Assembly (NCBI GenBank): GCA_007130045.1
Contig: SLTG01000094.1
Coordinates: 590 to 64,589 of the forward strand
DNA length: 64,000 nucleotides
Direction of reading: 5' to 3'
DNA from: Opitutales bacterium
Lineage (GTDB): Bacteria; Verrucomicrobiota; Verrucomicrobiia; Opitutales; T3Sed10-336
Part shown: positions 1 to 8,703 of the stretch, in pieces
Position numbering within the stretch: the first letter of the stretch is position 1
Layout of the letters: each line of letters starts with the position of its first letter
Position numbers and translations under genes: made by a program
The notes under the pieces: model-generated
The model's database searches: none
What the model was told of the DNA's origin: nothing
What the model saw: only the letters and a program-made list of their open reading frames with translations

Positions 1-104
1 GTGCGGTTGACGGTCTTGGTGGAGCGCTGGCGCTGTTTCCCGCTGCCGTCGGTGAAGCACGCAATCCAGAATTTGCTTTTCGGTTTCCTTGTCAGGCTGG
101 CCAT
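1..104 (-). CDS. site-specific tyrosine integrase; only the N-terminal 34 codons are present because the gene runs off the left edge
   Basis: My own minus-strand translation from the ATG at 104-102 gives MASLTRKPKSKFWIACFTDGSGKQRQRSTKTVNR. This basic K-x-K-F-W-x-A-C-F-T...G-K-x-R-x-R-S-T-K-T pattern is typical of the arm-binding N-terminus of phage-type integrases. The ORF is under 60 aa, so it is absent from the ORF track. Confidence 0.55.
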   Translation of the reverse strand, partial: MASLTRKPKSKFWIACFTDGSGKQRQRSTKTVNR

Positions 105-211
105 GGTTCCAATGAAACTTCCAATGACGTGGACTGTCAAGCATGCCGTAGAGAAAAATAAATGGCTTATCTAAGCCGTTTGCGGCTTGGTTGCTAGGCT
201 TTGGTCTTCAC

Positions 212-238
212 GCGGGTTCGATTCCCGCCCTCACCTCC
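212..238 (+). other. tRNA 3'-end fragment (T-arm plus 3' acceptor strand, tRNA-Ser-like); putative att core
   Basis: The sequence reads GCGGG-TTCGATT-CCCGC followed by CCTCACC-T-CC. This is a canonical T stem-loop plus a 3' acceptor strand complementary to GGTGAGG, the 5' end typical of tRNA-Ser. No GGTGAGG, D-arm or anticodon arm is present upstream. Confidence 0.5.
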
Positions 239-287
239 CTGAGGTGTTGATTTTCGAATCAATGCCCGTCATAATGCGGTGGGTATG

Positions 288-313
288 GAGAGCCGTGGGA
301 GGGGCCGGCTCTC
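288..313. terminator. GC-rich hairpin (8-bp stem GAGAGCCG/CGGCTCTC, 10-nt loop)
   Basis: The inverted repeat is visible in the sequence and is followed on the + strand by TGTTGGTT. It sits downstream of the tRNA fragment on + and downstream of the 334-882 gene on -. Confidence 0.35.
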
Positions 314-333
314 TGTTGGTTCGTTGCACGAGC

Positions 334-882
334 TCAGTCGGCGTCACTGCTTTGAGCCGCTGTTCGCAGCTCGCTCATGACGCGCCTGCGCTCCTCCGGC
401 GGCAGATCGCGGAAATACTTTTCGAAACGCTTTTCTATGTGAGGATTGACCGTTTCTTCCTCGGCGATCTCGGTCTCCCGACTCGAAAGGTCACGGAGTT
501 GGCGGCGAAACTCGGCCCTTTCCTCTGGCGACATTTTTCTCCACCGCTCGCGCTGGCGGGCAATTTCCTCGGGTGACTGACTATGGAAAGCGCGGACCCT
601 TTTCCGAAGCGTCTCCCGTTCCTTCTCGTCCATTCGCTCCAGTCGTTCAATCAGCGCGCGGGTGTTGGCGAGCCGTTGCGGAGACATATCGAGAAGACTT
701 TCCAGCATCTCGGCCTGCTCCCGCCTCGTATCCTTTCGCTGTGAAGGGGCGGATCGCTCCTCGCTTGACGCCCGTATGCCGGACTCTTCGGAATCGGAAT
801 CCGCCCGCAGAACCCCCGGCGGCACCCATAACAGGGCGATCGCAAGTACTGCATGGTAAATTGATTTGTATTTCCTATTCAT
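334..882 (-). CDS. secreted charged helical protein, DUF3106-like; last gene of the ECF sigma operon
   Basis: It has a signal peptide (MNRKYKSIYHAVLAIALLWVPPGVLRA). It also carries repeated SPEE/R-W motifs (SQSPEEIARQRERWRKMSPEERAEFRRQL, LPPEERRRV). It lies downstream of the sigma/anti-sigma pair on the same strand. Confidence 0.6.
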   Translation of the reverse strand: MNRKYKSIYHAVLAIALLWVPPGVLRADSDSEESGIRASSEERSAPSQRKDTRREQAEMLESLLDMSPQRLANTRALIERLERMDEKERETLRKRVRAFHSQSPEEIARQRERWRKMSPEERAEFRRQLRDLSSRETEIAEEETVNPHIEKRFEKYFRDLPPEERRRVMSELRTAAQSSDAD

Positions 883-971
883 GGTTTTCCTGCTCTATCG
901 GCGCCGTTTTCCGGCCGGCCGAACCCCCCTGATTATTTTCAATCCTTCTTCCATACGACAACGCAACCCTA

Positions 972-1352
972 TCAGCCCCCCAGGAGCAATTCCAGCGTAT
1001 CCAGCACATCCTCATTGCCCAAGGCTTCCGCCCCGTGCAACATGTCTTCGAGCATGTGAACTTCAGTATAGAACTCGTTTCCGTTTTTATGCATCCCGAT
1101 GACGTTCGGCTCTTCCGTTGGCGTGAATCCGAACCAGGCGATAAGCGACAGAACGACTGCGGCCGCGATTCCGTAGACAGAACCGCGCATTACGCGATCG
1201 ATTCCGGATGCCCTGGCCGTCACGTTGCGGCAAACCTTGTCGGAGTAGCCGCGAGACGCGGAAACCGGGGTCGCTCCGAGAAAACGATCCAATTCGAGGT
1301 CGAATGACCTTTCTTCCGGATTGTTGCTGTGATCATCGGTTGGTTTCATCAT
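972..1352 (-). CDS. putative single-pass anti-sigma factor
   Basis: Its start overlaps the end of the ECF sigma gene by about 20 nt. It has one TM helix (VYGIAAAVVLSLIAWFGF) and a small periplasmic C-terminal domain. Confidence 0.5.
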   Translation of the reverse strand: MMKPTDDHSNNPEERSFDLELDRFLGATPVSASRGYSDKVCRNVTARASGIDRVMRGSVYGIAAAVVLSLIAWFGFTPTEEPNVIGMHKNGNEFYTEVHMLEDMLHGAEALGNEDVLDTLELLLGG

Positions 1353-1878
1353 AAGCCTCCTTCAGTTTTTGTCGCGCCCGGAAGATCCAGGTCTTGACAC
1401 TGCTTTCATTGGTTCGCATGGCATCGGCGATTTCGCGGTAACTCATCCCCTGTTGCTTGAGGAGCAGAATGGCGGTGCGCTGGGATTCCGGAAGCGACTT
1501 CAATGCGGTTTGAAAAAACTCCTCGATTTCGCGAACCTTCCCGTCATCGGAGTCGGCCAGAAAAGTTTCCGAAACACTGCCGTTATCGACCAAACCGAAC
1601 ATCTTTCGCCGAAAGAAGCGGCGATGGTTCTGCAGCACGCGGCGCGCGATCACAAAAAGATAGGTCGAAAACCGCGCCTCCACCCGATACCTCGGAGCAG
1701 CGCGATACAGCTTGATCATTACACTCTGCATCAAGTCCTCGGCATCCTCCCGCGACCCGGTCGAACGATAAAAGAAATTCAAAAGCGGCGTGTGCCAACG
1801 TTTCACAATCTCCGCCAGAGCAGAATCATCGCCTGCTGCGAGACGGCGCATGCAGGCGGTATCTTCATCGTCAGCCAT
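1333..1878 (-). CDS. ECF-type RNA polymerase sigma factor (sigma-70 family group 4)
   Basis: A region 2-like segment is present (DAEDLMQSVMIKLYRAAPRY...STYLFVIARR). A region 4 HTH is also present (MSYREIADAMRTNESSVKTWIFRARQKLKEAY). I place the start at MADDED (1878); the ORF track start at 1956 is the alternative. Confidence 0.85.
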   Translation of the reverse strand: MADDEDTACMRRLAAGDDSALAEIVKRWHTPLLNFFYRSTGSREDAEDLMQSVMIKLYRAAPRYRVEARFSTYLFVIARRVLQNHRRFFRRKMFGLVDNGSVSETFLADSDDGKVREIEEFFQTALKSLPESQRTAILLLKQQGMSYREIADAMRTNESSVKTWIFRARQKLKEAYDETNR

Positions 1879-2232
1879 CCGCTCTTCTATTTCGGTTTCT
1901 TCGGCCAAGTGGCCGGGAAAACAGCCCCGAGGCGCCTCTAACGCGTGAACTGTCATTTAAGAGACTAATCACCGCAAGATAGTGAAAAGTTGCAGCCTGA
2001 TGCAAATTTTCTTTCCTTCGGACCGATCCTCCGTTTCCCGTTCCCGGGATCCGTGGCGAGGATTTGCATCGGCAGGGCATCCGAAAAATTGCCGTTTTTT
2101 CTCCTATTTCCGCGCAACTTTCGCTAATTTCCGGTGATGAACCTAATGAAGGGTCTCGTGCATGCAGACAACACGGCCCGCCGTTCCAGCCAGAACCATC
2201 ATCTATCGAGAATCACACCAACCGAGGACGTT

Positions 2233-2946
2233 ATGTTTGAAACTATTTTGAAGAGCCTCAAAGCATCTCTTGCCTTCGCGGTCGTTCCGCTCCTGGGAGC
2301 ATCCGTCCTTTTCGCCCAGGAAGGCGAAGAGCTCTCCGATTATCTCGAGCGAGTCGAGTTGCGATCGGTCGTCAGCTTGCCCGGCGGAACGATGTTCAGC
2401 ATCCATGATCCGGAGTCGGAAAACACTTTCTGGATCGAGGTCGGACAGTCGGTAAACGGGCTCGAAGCAGTCGGTTTCAATGCGGCGACCAATCGCCTCA
2501 GCCTTCGTGTCGGCGATTCCGAACGCGAAGTCGGCCTGGCCCGTCGGCGGGTGGGCGATCCCGACGCCGTCAACCCGGAAGATCTGAGTCGGGGCGAGCG
2601 TCGCGAGTTGCGGAGGGAAGAAGCGCGCGAGCAGTGGCAGGATTTCCAGCAGCGTTTCCAAAGGGCCGCTCAGGAGTCGCCCGAAATCCGGGAAATCCGG
2701 GAGCAGTTCGGTGAGTTGCGGGGTGAATGGCGTGGACTGCGGGAAGAGATGCAGGGGATTGACCGGGATTCCGACGAATTCAATGCCCTCCGCGAACGGG
2801 GCCGCCAACTTCGCGAGGAACAGCGAATGCTTCACAGAGTGGCCAGGGACGTTGTTGCCCAGTCTTCTCACTTCGAGGAACAGCACGTCGAGTTCGTCGA
2901 TCGCATGTTCGGGCGGGGCGGCAGCGATCGGAGGCGGGGCCGGTAG
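2233..2946 (+). CDS. secreted hypothetical protein with an Arg/Glu-rich helical C-terminal half
   Basis: A signal peptide follows the internal Met (MFETILKSLKASLAFAVVPLLGASVLFAQE). The C-terminal half is highly charged and repetitive (RELRREEAREQWQDFQQRFQRAAQESPEIREIREQFGELRGEWRGLREE). The gene is divergent from the ECF sigma gene. Confidence 0.6.
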   Translation: MFETILKSLKASLAFAVVPLLGASVLFAQEGEELSDYLERVELRSVVSLPGGTMFSIHDPESENTFWIEVGQSVNGLEAVGFNAATNRLSLRVGDSEREVGLARRRVGDPDAVNPEDLSRGERRELRREEAREQWQDFQQRFQRAAQESPEIREIREQFGELRGEWRGLREEMQGIDRDSDEFNALRERGRQLREEQRMLHRVARDVVAQSSHFEEQHVEFVDRMFGRGGSDRRRGR

Positions 2947-2980
2947 GATTGGAGCCCGGAAGCCGCCAATGTTTTCGACG

Positions 2981-3017
2981 ATGCGTTGCCCGGGAAACCG
3001 GGCAACGCATGTTTTTT
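2981..3017 (+). terminator. canonical rho-independent terminator
   Basis: There is a perfect 13-bp stem (ATGCGTTGCCCGG / CCGGGCAACGCAT) with a GAAA loop, followed by GTTTTTT. It sits 35 nt after the stop of the 2233-2946 gene. Confidence 0.85.
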
Positions 3018-3057
3018 AACTGCAAAGAGCGCATACACAAGTGAGGGCTAACAAAGA

Positions 3058-4959
3058 ATGGTTCCAACGCAGCGGGGTTTGATCCGATCCTATGTCTCGA
3101 TCGCGGTTTGCGGGGTCGCCGCCGCGATGCTGGCAGGCTGCCAAAGCGCCGCGAAACACCGCTCCGAGGCGGATAGCGCCGCAGCCGATATCATCGACCA
3201 GATGCAGCGCGAGGCGTTGGGAAGAAACGAGCCATTTACGATTGATCGTCCGAGCCAAACCTTTCGGCAGCGCCTGATGCTCGAGCAGAACCTTCCGGCG
3301 GTCGGACCCGCTTCGTACGGAGTGGATGAGTTGGAGGAACCCGAACACTGGCCGAACGTCGGAGAGCCACAGCCAATGGAGCGGACGGAATCGTACATGC
3401 CCGAAACAGTGGACGAGGACGGTCAGTTCGTGCTGACGCTCGTCGACGCGCTCCAGATCGCGGCGGCCAACAGCCGATCCTACCAGTCCGAAAAGGAGTC
3501 GGTTTTCAATACGGCGCTCCAGCTCGACCTCGAACGATTTCGGTTCGACACCACGTTTTTCGGCACGCTGCAGGGCATCTTCAGCACCGACCAGGCATCC
3601 AACCAGACGGGCGCCAGGGGCACCGCGGAGGGCGGCTTTCAGCGACAATTCGAGTCGGGAGCAGACCTCAGCGGAAGGCTGGTCGTGGACCTCGTTCGCC
3701 TCTTGAGCGGCGAAGGCCGGACATCACTGGGTCTGCTCGCCGACGGCTCGATCTCAATCCCCCTTCTGCGGGGCGCCGGACGGCACATCGTCACCGAACC
3801 CCGCACCCAGGCGGAGCGCAACGTTCTGTATGCGCTCTACGATTTCGAGCTGTTCAAACTCAGCTTTGCCGTCCAGGTGGCAAACCAGTACTTTTCAGTG
3901 CTTCAACAGCTCGACCGGATCACAAACGCCGAAGCGAGCTACCGAAGGCTGATGTTGCTGGTCGAACGGACCGAGGCATTGCACGACAAGGGCCGGACCA
4001 CCGGAATCGAGGTCGATGAAGCCCGCCAGGATCTTTTGCGGGCGCGCGACCAATGGATTGTGGCGCAGGACGGGTATTCGCGCCAGCTCGACCAGTTCAA
4101 GATGACTCTCGGACTTCCCTCCGATGCGCGGATCGAGCTTTCGACAGCGGAATTTGACGAGTTGATGGCTGACGCCGAATTGATGCTCGGCGATCACGTT
4201 CCTCAGGTGCAGGTGGAAATCGAGGAGAACGGGGAGGATCTGGAGGATCTCGTAATTCCTGAAACCGATCCCGCGGAACGCGGACGCTACGAACTCGACG
4301 AAGACGTGGCGATCGCGATGGCCATGGAAAATCGCCTCGACCTGCGGATTGCCGAAGGCGACGTTTACGACGCCCAGCGCCGCGTCATCATCGCGGCGGA
4401 CCAGCTTCGTCCCGGCCTGAATCTCACCGGCAACGCCACGTTCGGGGAGCGTCGGAGCGGGATCGGCTCCGCGACGGCGCCCGACGCCCGGCTGGATCCG
4501 TCGGACGGGTTTTATTCTCTGGGCGCGCAACTCGATATGCCGTGGTCCCGCCGTTCGGAACGGATTGCCTTTCGCCAGAGTCTCATTCGCGTCGAAGCGG
4601 CGGTCAGGAACTTTCAGAACATTGAGGACAATGTGAAATTGGACGTCCGCGATTCATTACGGGATTTACGTCAACAACGTGAAGGATATAGAATCCAGGA
4701 GCAGGCGTTGAGCATTGCCGAACGGCGGGTCCGTCAGACGCAGGCGTTTCAGGAAGTAGGCAGAGCCGACACCCGTGATGTACTGATAGCGAACGACGCA
4801 TTGCTCCAGGCACAGAACTCGCTCGTCAATTCGCTCGTAAGGTACAGAATCGCGGAATTGAGCCTGCAACGGGATCTGGGATTATTGCAGGTGGACCACC
4901 GGGGGCTTTGGAACGAATACGAGTTGAACGGGGTCCAAAATGAGGAGGAAGCAGAGTGA
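3058..4959 (+). CDS. TolC-family outer membrane efflux protein (lipoprotein)
   Basis: A lipobox is present (AAAMLAGC). Two long helical repeats have the typical OEP pattern (ALYDFELFKLSFAVQVANQYFSVLQ..., NSLVNSLVRYRIAELSLQRDLG). It is the first gene of an adaptor/ABC operon. Confidence 0.8.
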   Translation: MVPTQRGLIRSYVSIAVCGVAAAMLAGCQSAAKHRSEADSAAADIIDQMQREALGRNEPFTIDRPSQTFRQRLMLEQNLPAVGPASYGVDELEEPEHWPNVGEPQPMERTESYMPETVDEDGQFVLTLVDALQIAAANSRSYQSEKESVFNTALQLDLERFRFDTTFFGTLQGIFSTDQASNQTGARGTAEGGFQRQFESGADLSGRLVVDLVRLLSGEGRTSLGLLADGSISIPLLRGAGRHIVTEPRTQAERNVLYALYDFELFKLSFAVQVANQYFSVLQQLDRITNAEASYRRLMLLVERTEALHDKGRTTGIEVDEARQDLLRARDQWIVAQDGYSRQLDQFKMTLGLPSDARIELSTAEFDELMADAELMLGDHVPQVQVEIEENGEDLEDLVIPETDPAERGRYELDEDVAIAMAMENRLDLRIAEGDVYDAQRRVIIAADQLRPGLNLTGNATFGERRSGIGSATAPDARLDPSDGFYSLGAQLDMPWSRRSERIAFRQSLIRVEAAVRNFQNIEDNVKLDVRDSLRDLRQQREGYRIQEQALSIAERRVRQTQAFQEVGRADTRDVLIANDALLQAQNSLVNSLVRYRIAELSLQRDLGLLQVDHRGLWNEYELNGVQNEEEAE

Positions 4960-4966
4960 GGCGTCC

Positions 4967-6538
4967 ATGAGTAACACAATTCAAGCTGAGGAAAAGAAGG
5001 GCGATTCCGGTCGCGGCGGGCAATTTATGTGGCCGATACTGATCGGCGTCGGCGCGTTGGGCATCGGGGGACTCGCGGTGAGTTGGTTTGGCGCCGGCGG
5101 GAGCACCGCCTACGCGGGCCCCACTGCCGAAGCCCGGCGGGGCGATCTGACCATATCGGTGACCGAGTCCGGAAATCTTCGCAACCGGGAACAGGTTGTC
5201 GTGGCGAACCGGGTGGAAGGGCGGACCCCCATCCTCTGGATCATCGACGAAGGCCAGTACGTGGAAGAAGGCGATCTGCTGGTGGAACTCGACTCGAGCG
5301 ACCTCGAGGACCGGTTGATCGAGCGCGAGATCTCCGCTCAGAACGCCCAAGCCGACTACATCCGGGCGCAGCAGGAACTCAAGGTGACTGAGAGCCGAAC
5401 CCAAAGTGAAATCGCCCAGGCCAGACTGGCCTTGCGGTTCGCGGAACTCGACCTGGAAAAATACCTTGCCGAAGACGGAGAGTACCAGCAGGAATTAAAC
5501 CGGCTCAAGGCGAACATCGATCTGGCGCGAGAAGAACTCACACGCGCGGAGCAGGAGTTCAAGAATTCGCAGGATCTTGAGTCCAACGGCTTCATTACTC
5601 CGCTCGAACTGGAACGGGACCGGTTGGCCTACGAGCGGGCGGCCGTCGATGTGCGGATTGCCGAAGGAAACCTGCATCTGCTGCAAACCTATACGCATCA
5701 GCGGCAACGGGAACAGCTCGAAAGCGACGCGGAGCAGGCGGCCGACAGTCTGGAGCGTGTGATCATGCGTGCGGAATCGGACATCGTTCAGGCGGAAGCA
5801 AACTACAACGCAAGGGCTCAGGAAAAGGCCCGCCAGGAACAGCAACTCGCCCGCCTTAAACAGCAGATTGAAATGTGTGTGCTCCGCGCACCCGCAAGCG
5901 GAATGGTGATTTACGAAACGACCGCGAACCCGGGACGATGGGGCAACCAGGAACCCCTGCAAGCGGGAACGGAGGTGCGCGAACGTCAGGAGTTGATCTA
6001 TATCCCCGCGTCCGAAGGGATGGTTGCCGATATCACCGTCCACGAGTCGGCGCTCGACCGGATTGAAGTCGGAATGCCCGCACGAATCACCGTCGATGCG
6101 CGTCCCGGTCAAATCTACTCCGGCACCGTGCGCCGCATTTCGCCGATGCCCGACGCGCAAAGCATCTGGCTCAACCCCGATCTCACCGTTTACAGCACCC
6201 AGGTCGAAGTTGACGCCGCCAACCTGCGCACCGGCATGAGCTGCCAGGTGGATATTATCGTCGAGGAACTGAGTGACGTGGTTTACGTGCCGTTGCAGTC
6301 GGTCATCCGATACGACCGCCGCTACTTCGTTTACGTGGTCACCCCGCGCGGCCCCGAGCCCCGCCGCGTGGAGATCGGTCTGGACAACAACCGGGTCGTC
6401 CACATCAGGGAAGGCCTCGAAGCCGGAGAAATCGTCCTGCTGGCGCCGCCGATTTTCGAACGGATTGAAGAAGAGGAAGAACCCGGAGAAATGGTTCCCG
6501 GCGTCGCGGAAGAGCCGGACGAATCGGAAAGCGCCTGA
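4967..6538 (+). CDS. HlyD/MacA-type periplasmic adaptor (membrane fusion protein)
   Basis: It has an N-terminal TM anchor (WPILIGVGALGIGGLAVSWF), a long coiled-coil hairpin region and a C-terminal beta-barrel region. It lies between the TolC and ABC genes. The start at 4967 has a GAGG sequence 5 nt upstream; 4940 is the alternative. Confidence 0.8.
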   Translation: MSNTIQAEEKKGDSGRGGQFMWPILIGVGALGIGGLAVSWFGAGGSTAYAGPTAEARRGDLTISVTESGNLRNREQVVVANRVEGRTPILWIIDEGQYVEEGDLLVELDSSDLEDRLIEREISAQNAQADYIRAQQELKVTESRTQSEIAQARLALRFAELDLEKYLAEDGEYQQELNRLKANIDLAREELTRAEQEFKNSQDLESNGFITPLELERDRLAYERAAVDVRIAEGNLHLLQTYTHQRQREQLESDAEQAADSLERVIMRAESDIVQAEANYNARAQEKARQEQQLARLKQQIEMCVLRAPASGMVIYETTANPGRWGNQEPLQAGTEVRERQELIYIPASEGMVADITVHESALDRIEVGMPARITVDARPGQIYSGTVRRISPMPDAQSIWLNPDLTVYSTQVEVDAANLRTGMSCQVDIIVEELSDVVYVPLQSVIRYDRRYFVYVVTPRGPEPRRVEIGLDNNRVVHIREGLEAGEIVLLAPPIFERIEEEEEPGEMVPGVAEEPDESESA

Positions 6539-6586
6539 TCTCGATTCGTGAATGGAGGCGCCTGTCCCTTCTTCCGAACCTGAACG

Positions 6587-7318
6587 ATGAAAGACATCCA
6601 AACTCAAACAGACAGCGACACAGTTACCGCGGCGACCGAGTCCGAGGCGATGGTCCGGCTCGAAGATGTCCGTAAAATCTACGAAATGGGCTCCGAACAG
6701 GTCCATGCGCTGGCTGGTGTCAGTGTCGAGTTTGGATCGGGGAGCTTTTGGGCGATCATGGGTCCGTCCGGTTCCGGCAAGAGTACCATGCTCAACCTGC
6801 TCGGCTGCCTCGATCGTCCCACTTCGGGGAGGTATATTCTTTCGGGTCAGGATGTCAGCCGCCTGGAGGATGACGATCTCAGCCAAATCCGCCTGACCTA
6901 TCTCGGATTCGTCTTTCAGAGCTTCAATCTGATCGCCCAACTGACCGTTCGCGAGAATATCGAACTGCCGTTGTTCTATCTTGGCTGGGAATCCCGCGAA
7001 AGCGCGAAACGGGCGCTGGAGCTCGCCACCCAGGTGGGACTGGAAGATCGGCTCGGACACCGCCCGGCGGAGCTCTCGGGCGGACAGCAGCAGCGGGTGG
7101 CGATCGCCCGCGCGCTCGCCAACGACCCGCATGTGATCCTCGCCGACGAACCGACGGGAAACCTCGATTCCTCGACGGGCGAGCATATCATGGAACTGCT
7201 CCGGGACCTGAACAAACAAGGGAAGACAATCGTAATCGTCACGCACGAACCGGAGGTCGCCAGGTGGGCCCACCATCGGCTGCACATGCACGACGGGCTT
7301 ATCGATCGGATCGACTGA
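6587..7318 (+). CDS. ABC transporter ATP-binding protein, MacB/LolD-like
   Basis: It has Walker A (GPSGSGKST), the signature motif (LSGGQQQRVAIARAL) and Walker B (ILADEPTGNLD). Confidence 0.9.
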   Translation: MKDIQTQTDSDTVTAATESEAMVRLEDVRKIYEMGSEQVHALAGVSVEFGSGSFWAIMGPSGSGKSTMLNLLGCLDRPTSGRYILSGQDVSRLEDDDLSQIRLTYLGFVFQSFNLIAQLTVRENIELPLFYLGWESRESAKRALELATQVGLEDRLGHRPAELSGGQQQRVAIARALANDPHVILADEPTGNLDSSTGEHIMELLRDLNKQGKTIVIVTHEPEVARWAHHRLHMHDGLIDRID

Positions 7319-7325
7319 ATCGTTT

Positions 7326-8600
7326 TTGGCGCCAATGAACCTTCACCGTTTTTTAAGACTCGTTCGCCTCGGCATCAAAACGCTCCTGCTTCATAAGCTT
7401 CGCTCGATGCTCACCATGCTCGGGGTCGTTTTCGGCGTGGGCAGCGTGATCGCGATGCTTGCGGTCGGCACGGGAGCCAGCGAGGAAGCCCAGGAACAGA
7501 TCCGGCGGCTGGGAAGCCAGAACATTATCATCAACTCGGTCCAGCCACAGGAGGACCAATCGGTCGAACGGGTCCGCATGAGCATCTACGGGCTCACCTA
7601 TGATGATGAACGCCGGATCAACGAGACCATTCCCTCGGTCAGCCGTATCGTCCCGGCGAAACTTATTCCCAGTGACGCCCGGGTCGGCGGGCGCCAGATG
7701 GAGCTCCGGATAGTCGGAACCACTCCCGGCTGGTTCGATCTTGTCGAACGTGAACTGCTGGCGGGCCGCCGGCTCCAGGAGAGCGACATGACCGGTAATT
7801 CCAACGTCTGTGTACTGACGGAACGGTCGGCACGACGCCTGCTCGCAACCGAGGAAGTATTGGGAAATCGAATCCGTGTTGGCGCGAATTATTATGAAGT
7901 TGTGGGAATCATCCGCAGCGAATCCGGAGGCGCCGCCGGCGGGGTGCAGACACCCGACCAGGAGATCGACGCCTACATTCCGATGACCACCGCCCGCGAA
8001 CGGTTCGGCGACATTGTTGTCCGCAGTCGTGAAGGCTCCCGGGAACGCTCGCGCGTCGAGCTTCACCAAATGGTCGTCGAGGTGGACCACATCGACAATG
8101 TGCAGTCCACAGCATTGGCGATCGAGAACATGCTCGAGCGTTTCCACCGCCGCGAGGATTACCGCGTGAGCGTGCCGCTGGCACTGCTCCGGCAGGCCGA
8201 AGCGACCCAGAGGACCTTTAATATCGTCCTTGGATCGATCGCGGGCATAAGCCTGCTCGTGGGCGGGATCGGGATCATGAACATCATGCTGGCCTCCGTC
8301 ACCGAGCGGACACGGGAGATCGGCATTCGCCGTGCCATCGGCGCCCGGCGATCACAGATCGTGGGGCAGTTCCTGATCGAGACGATCGTCCTTTCGAGCA
8401 CCGGCGGGTTGATCGGAATCGCCTTCGGCGTGACCATTCCGCAGATCATCGAGTATTTCGCCGGCATGCCTACGATCGTCCCGTTCTACGCGATCGCGCT
8501 GTCCCTTGGGATCAGTGTCGCCGTCGGCATCATTTTCGGTCTTTATCCGGCAATTCGCGCGGCCAAACTCGATCCGATCGTCGCTCTGCGATACGAGTAG
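7326..8600 (+). CDS. ABC transporter permease, MacB-type (periplasmic core domain plus FtsX-like TM bundle)
   Basis: An N-terminal TM helix is followed by a periplasmic domain of about 230 aa. Three C-terminal TM helices carry typical FtsX sequence (LLVGGIGIMNIMLASVTERTREIGIRRAIGA). Confidence 0.85.
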   Translation: MAPMNLHRFLRLVRLGIKTLLLHKLRSMLTMLGVVFGVGSVIAMLAVGTGASEEAQEQIRRLGSQNIIINSVQPQEDQSVERVRMSIYGLTYDDERRINETIPSVSRIVPAKLIPSDARVGGRQMELRIVGTTPGWFDLVERELLAGRRLQESDMTGNSNVCVLTERSARRLLATEEVLGNRIRVGANYYEVVGIIRSESGGAAGGVQTPDQEIDAYIPMTTARERFGDIVVRSREGSRERSRVELHQMVVEVDHIDNVQSTALAIENMLERFHRREDYRVSVPLALLRQAEATQRTFNIVLGSIAGISLLVGGIGIMNIMLASVTERTREIGIRRAIGARRSQIVGQFLIETIVLSSTGGLIGIAFGVTIPQIIEYFAGMPTIVPFYAIALSLGISVAVGIIFGLYPAIRAAKLDPIVALRYE

Positions 8601-8703
8601 GGCTTCAGTATCGAAATCCTAGCGCAGCCCAACCGGGCCGGATATCTTTTTGGCGGGATGAAGCTTGATCCTCTCTCGGATTGGCGAGCATGATGACGGG
8701 ACC

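Larger units (their letters stand above)
1..238. mobile_element. putative right-hand end of an integrated element (integrase gene plus att-like tRNA fragment); the body of the element would lie left of the window
   Basis: The integrase 5' end lies about 110 nt from a tRNA 3'-end fragment that has no matching 5' half. Confidence 0.4.

Noticed and set aside
187-576. 129-aa plus-strand ORF covering the tRNA fragment and the 3' end of the DUF3106-like gene.
   Set aside because: It starts inside the tRNA-like fragment and overlaps a well-supported minus-strand gene that has a signal peptide. It has no motifs.
5495-7291. 598-aa minus-strand ORF. Similar giant ORFs occur at 8605-9999(-), 16094-17749(-), 24950-26086(-), 28389-29888(+), 40279-41466(-), 42244-43482(-), 47348-48460(-), 50522-52426(-), 53718-55316(+), 58089-58952(-) and 62586-63635(+).
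   Set aside because: Each lies antisense to, or out of frame with, a gene that carries clear family motifs (HlyD/ABC, hemL, etf, TpsB, ppiD, fabG, fabF, anti-sigma, Gfo/Idh/MocA, GT39-like, REC/HK, plsX). Their compositions are Arg/Pro/Gly-dominated, so I treat them as GC-driven artefacts.
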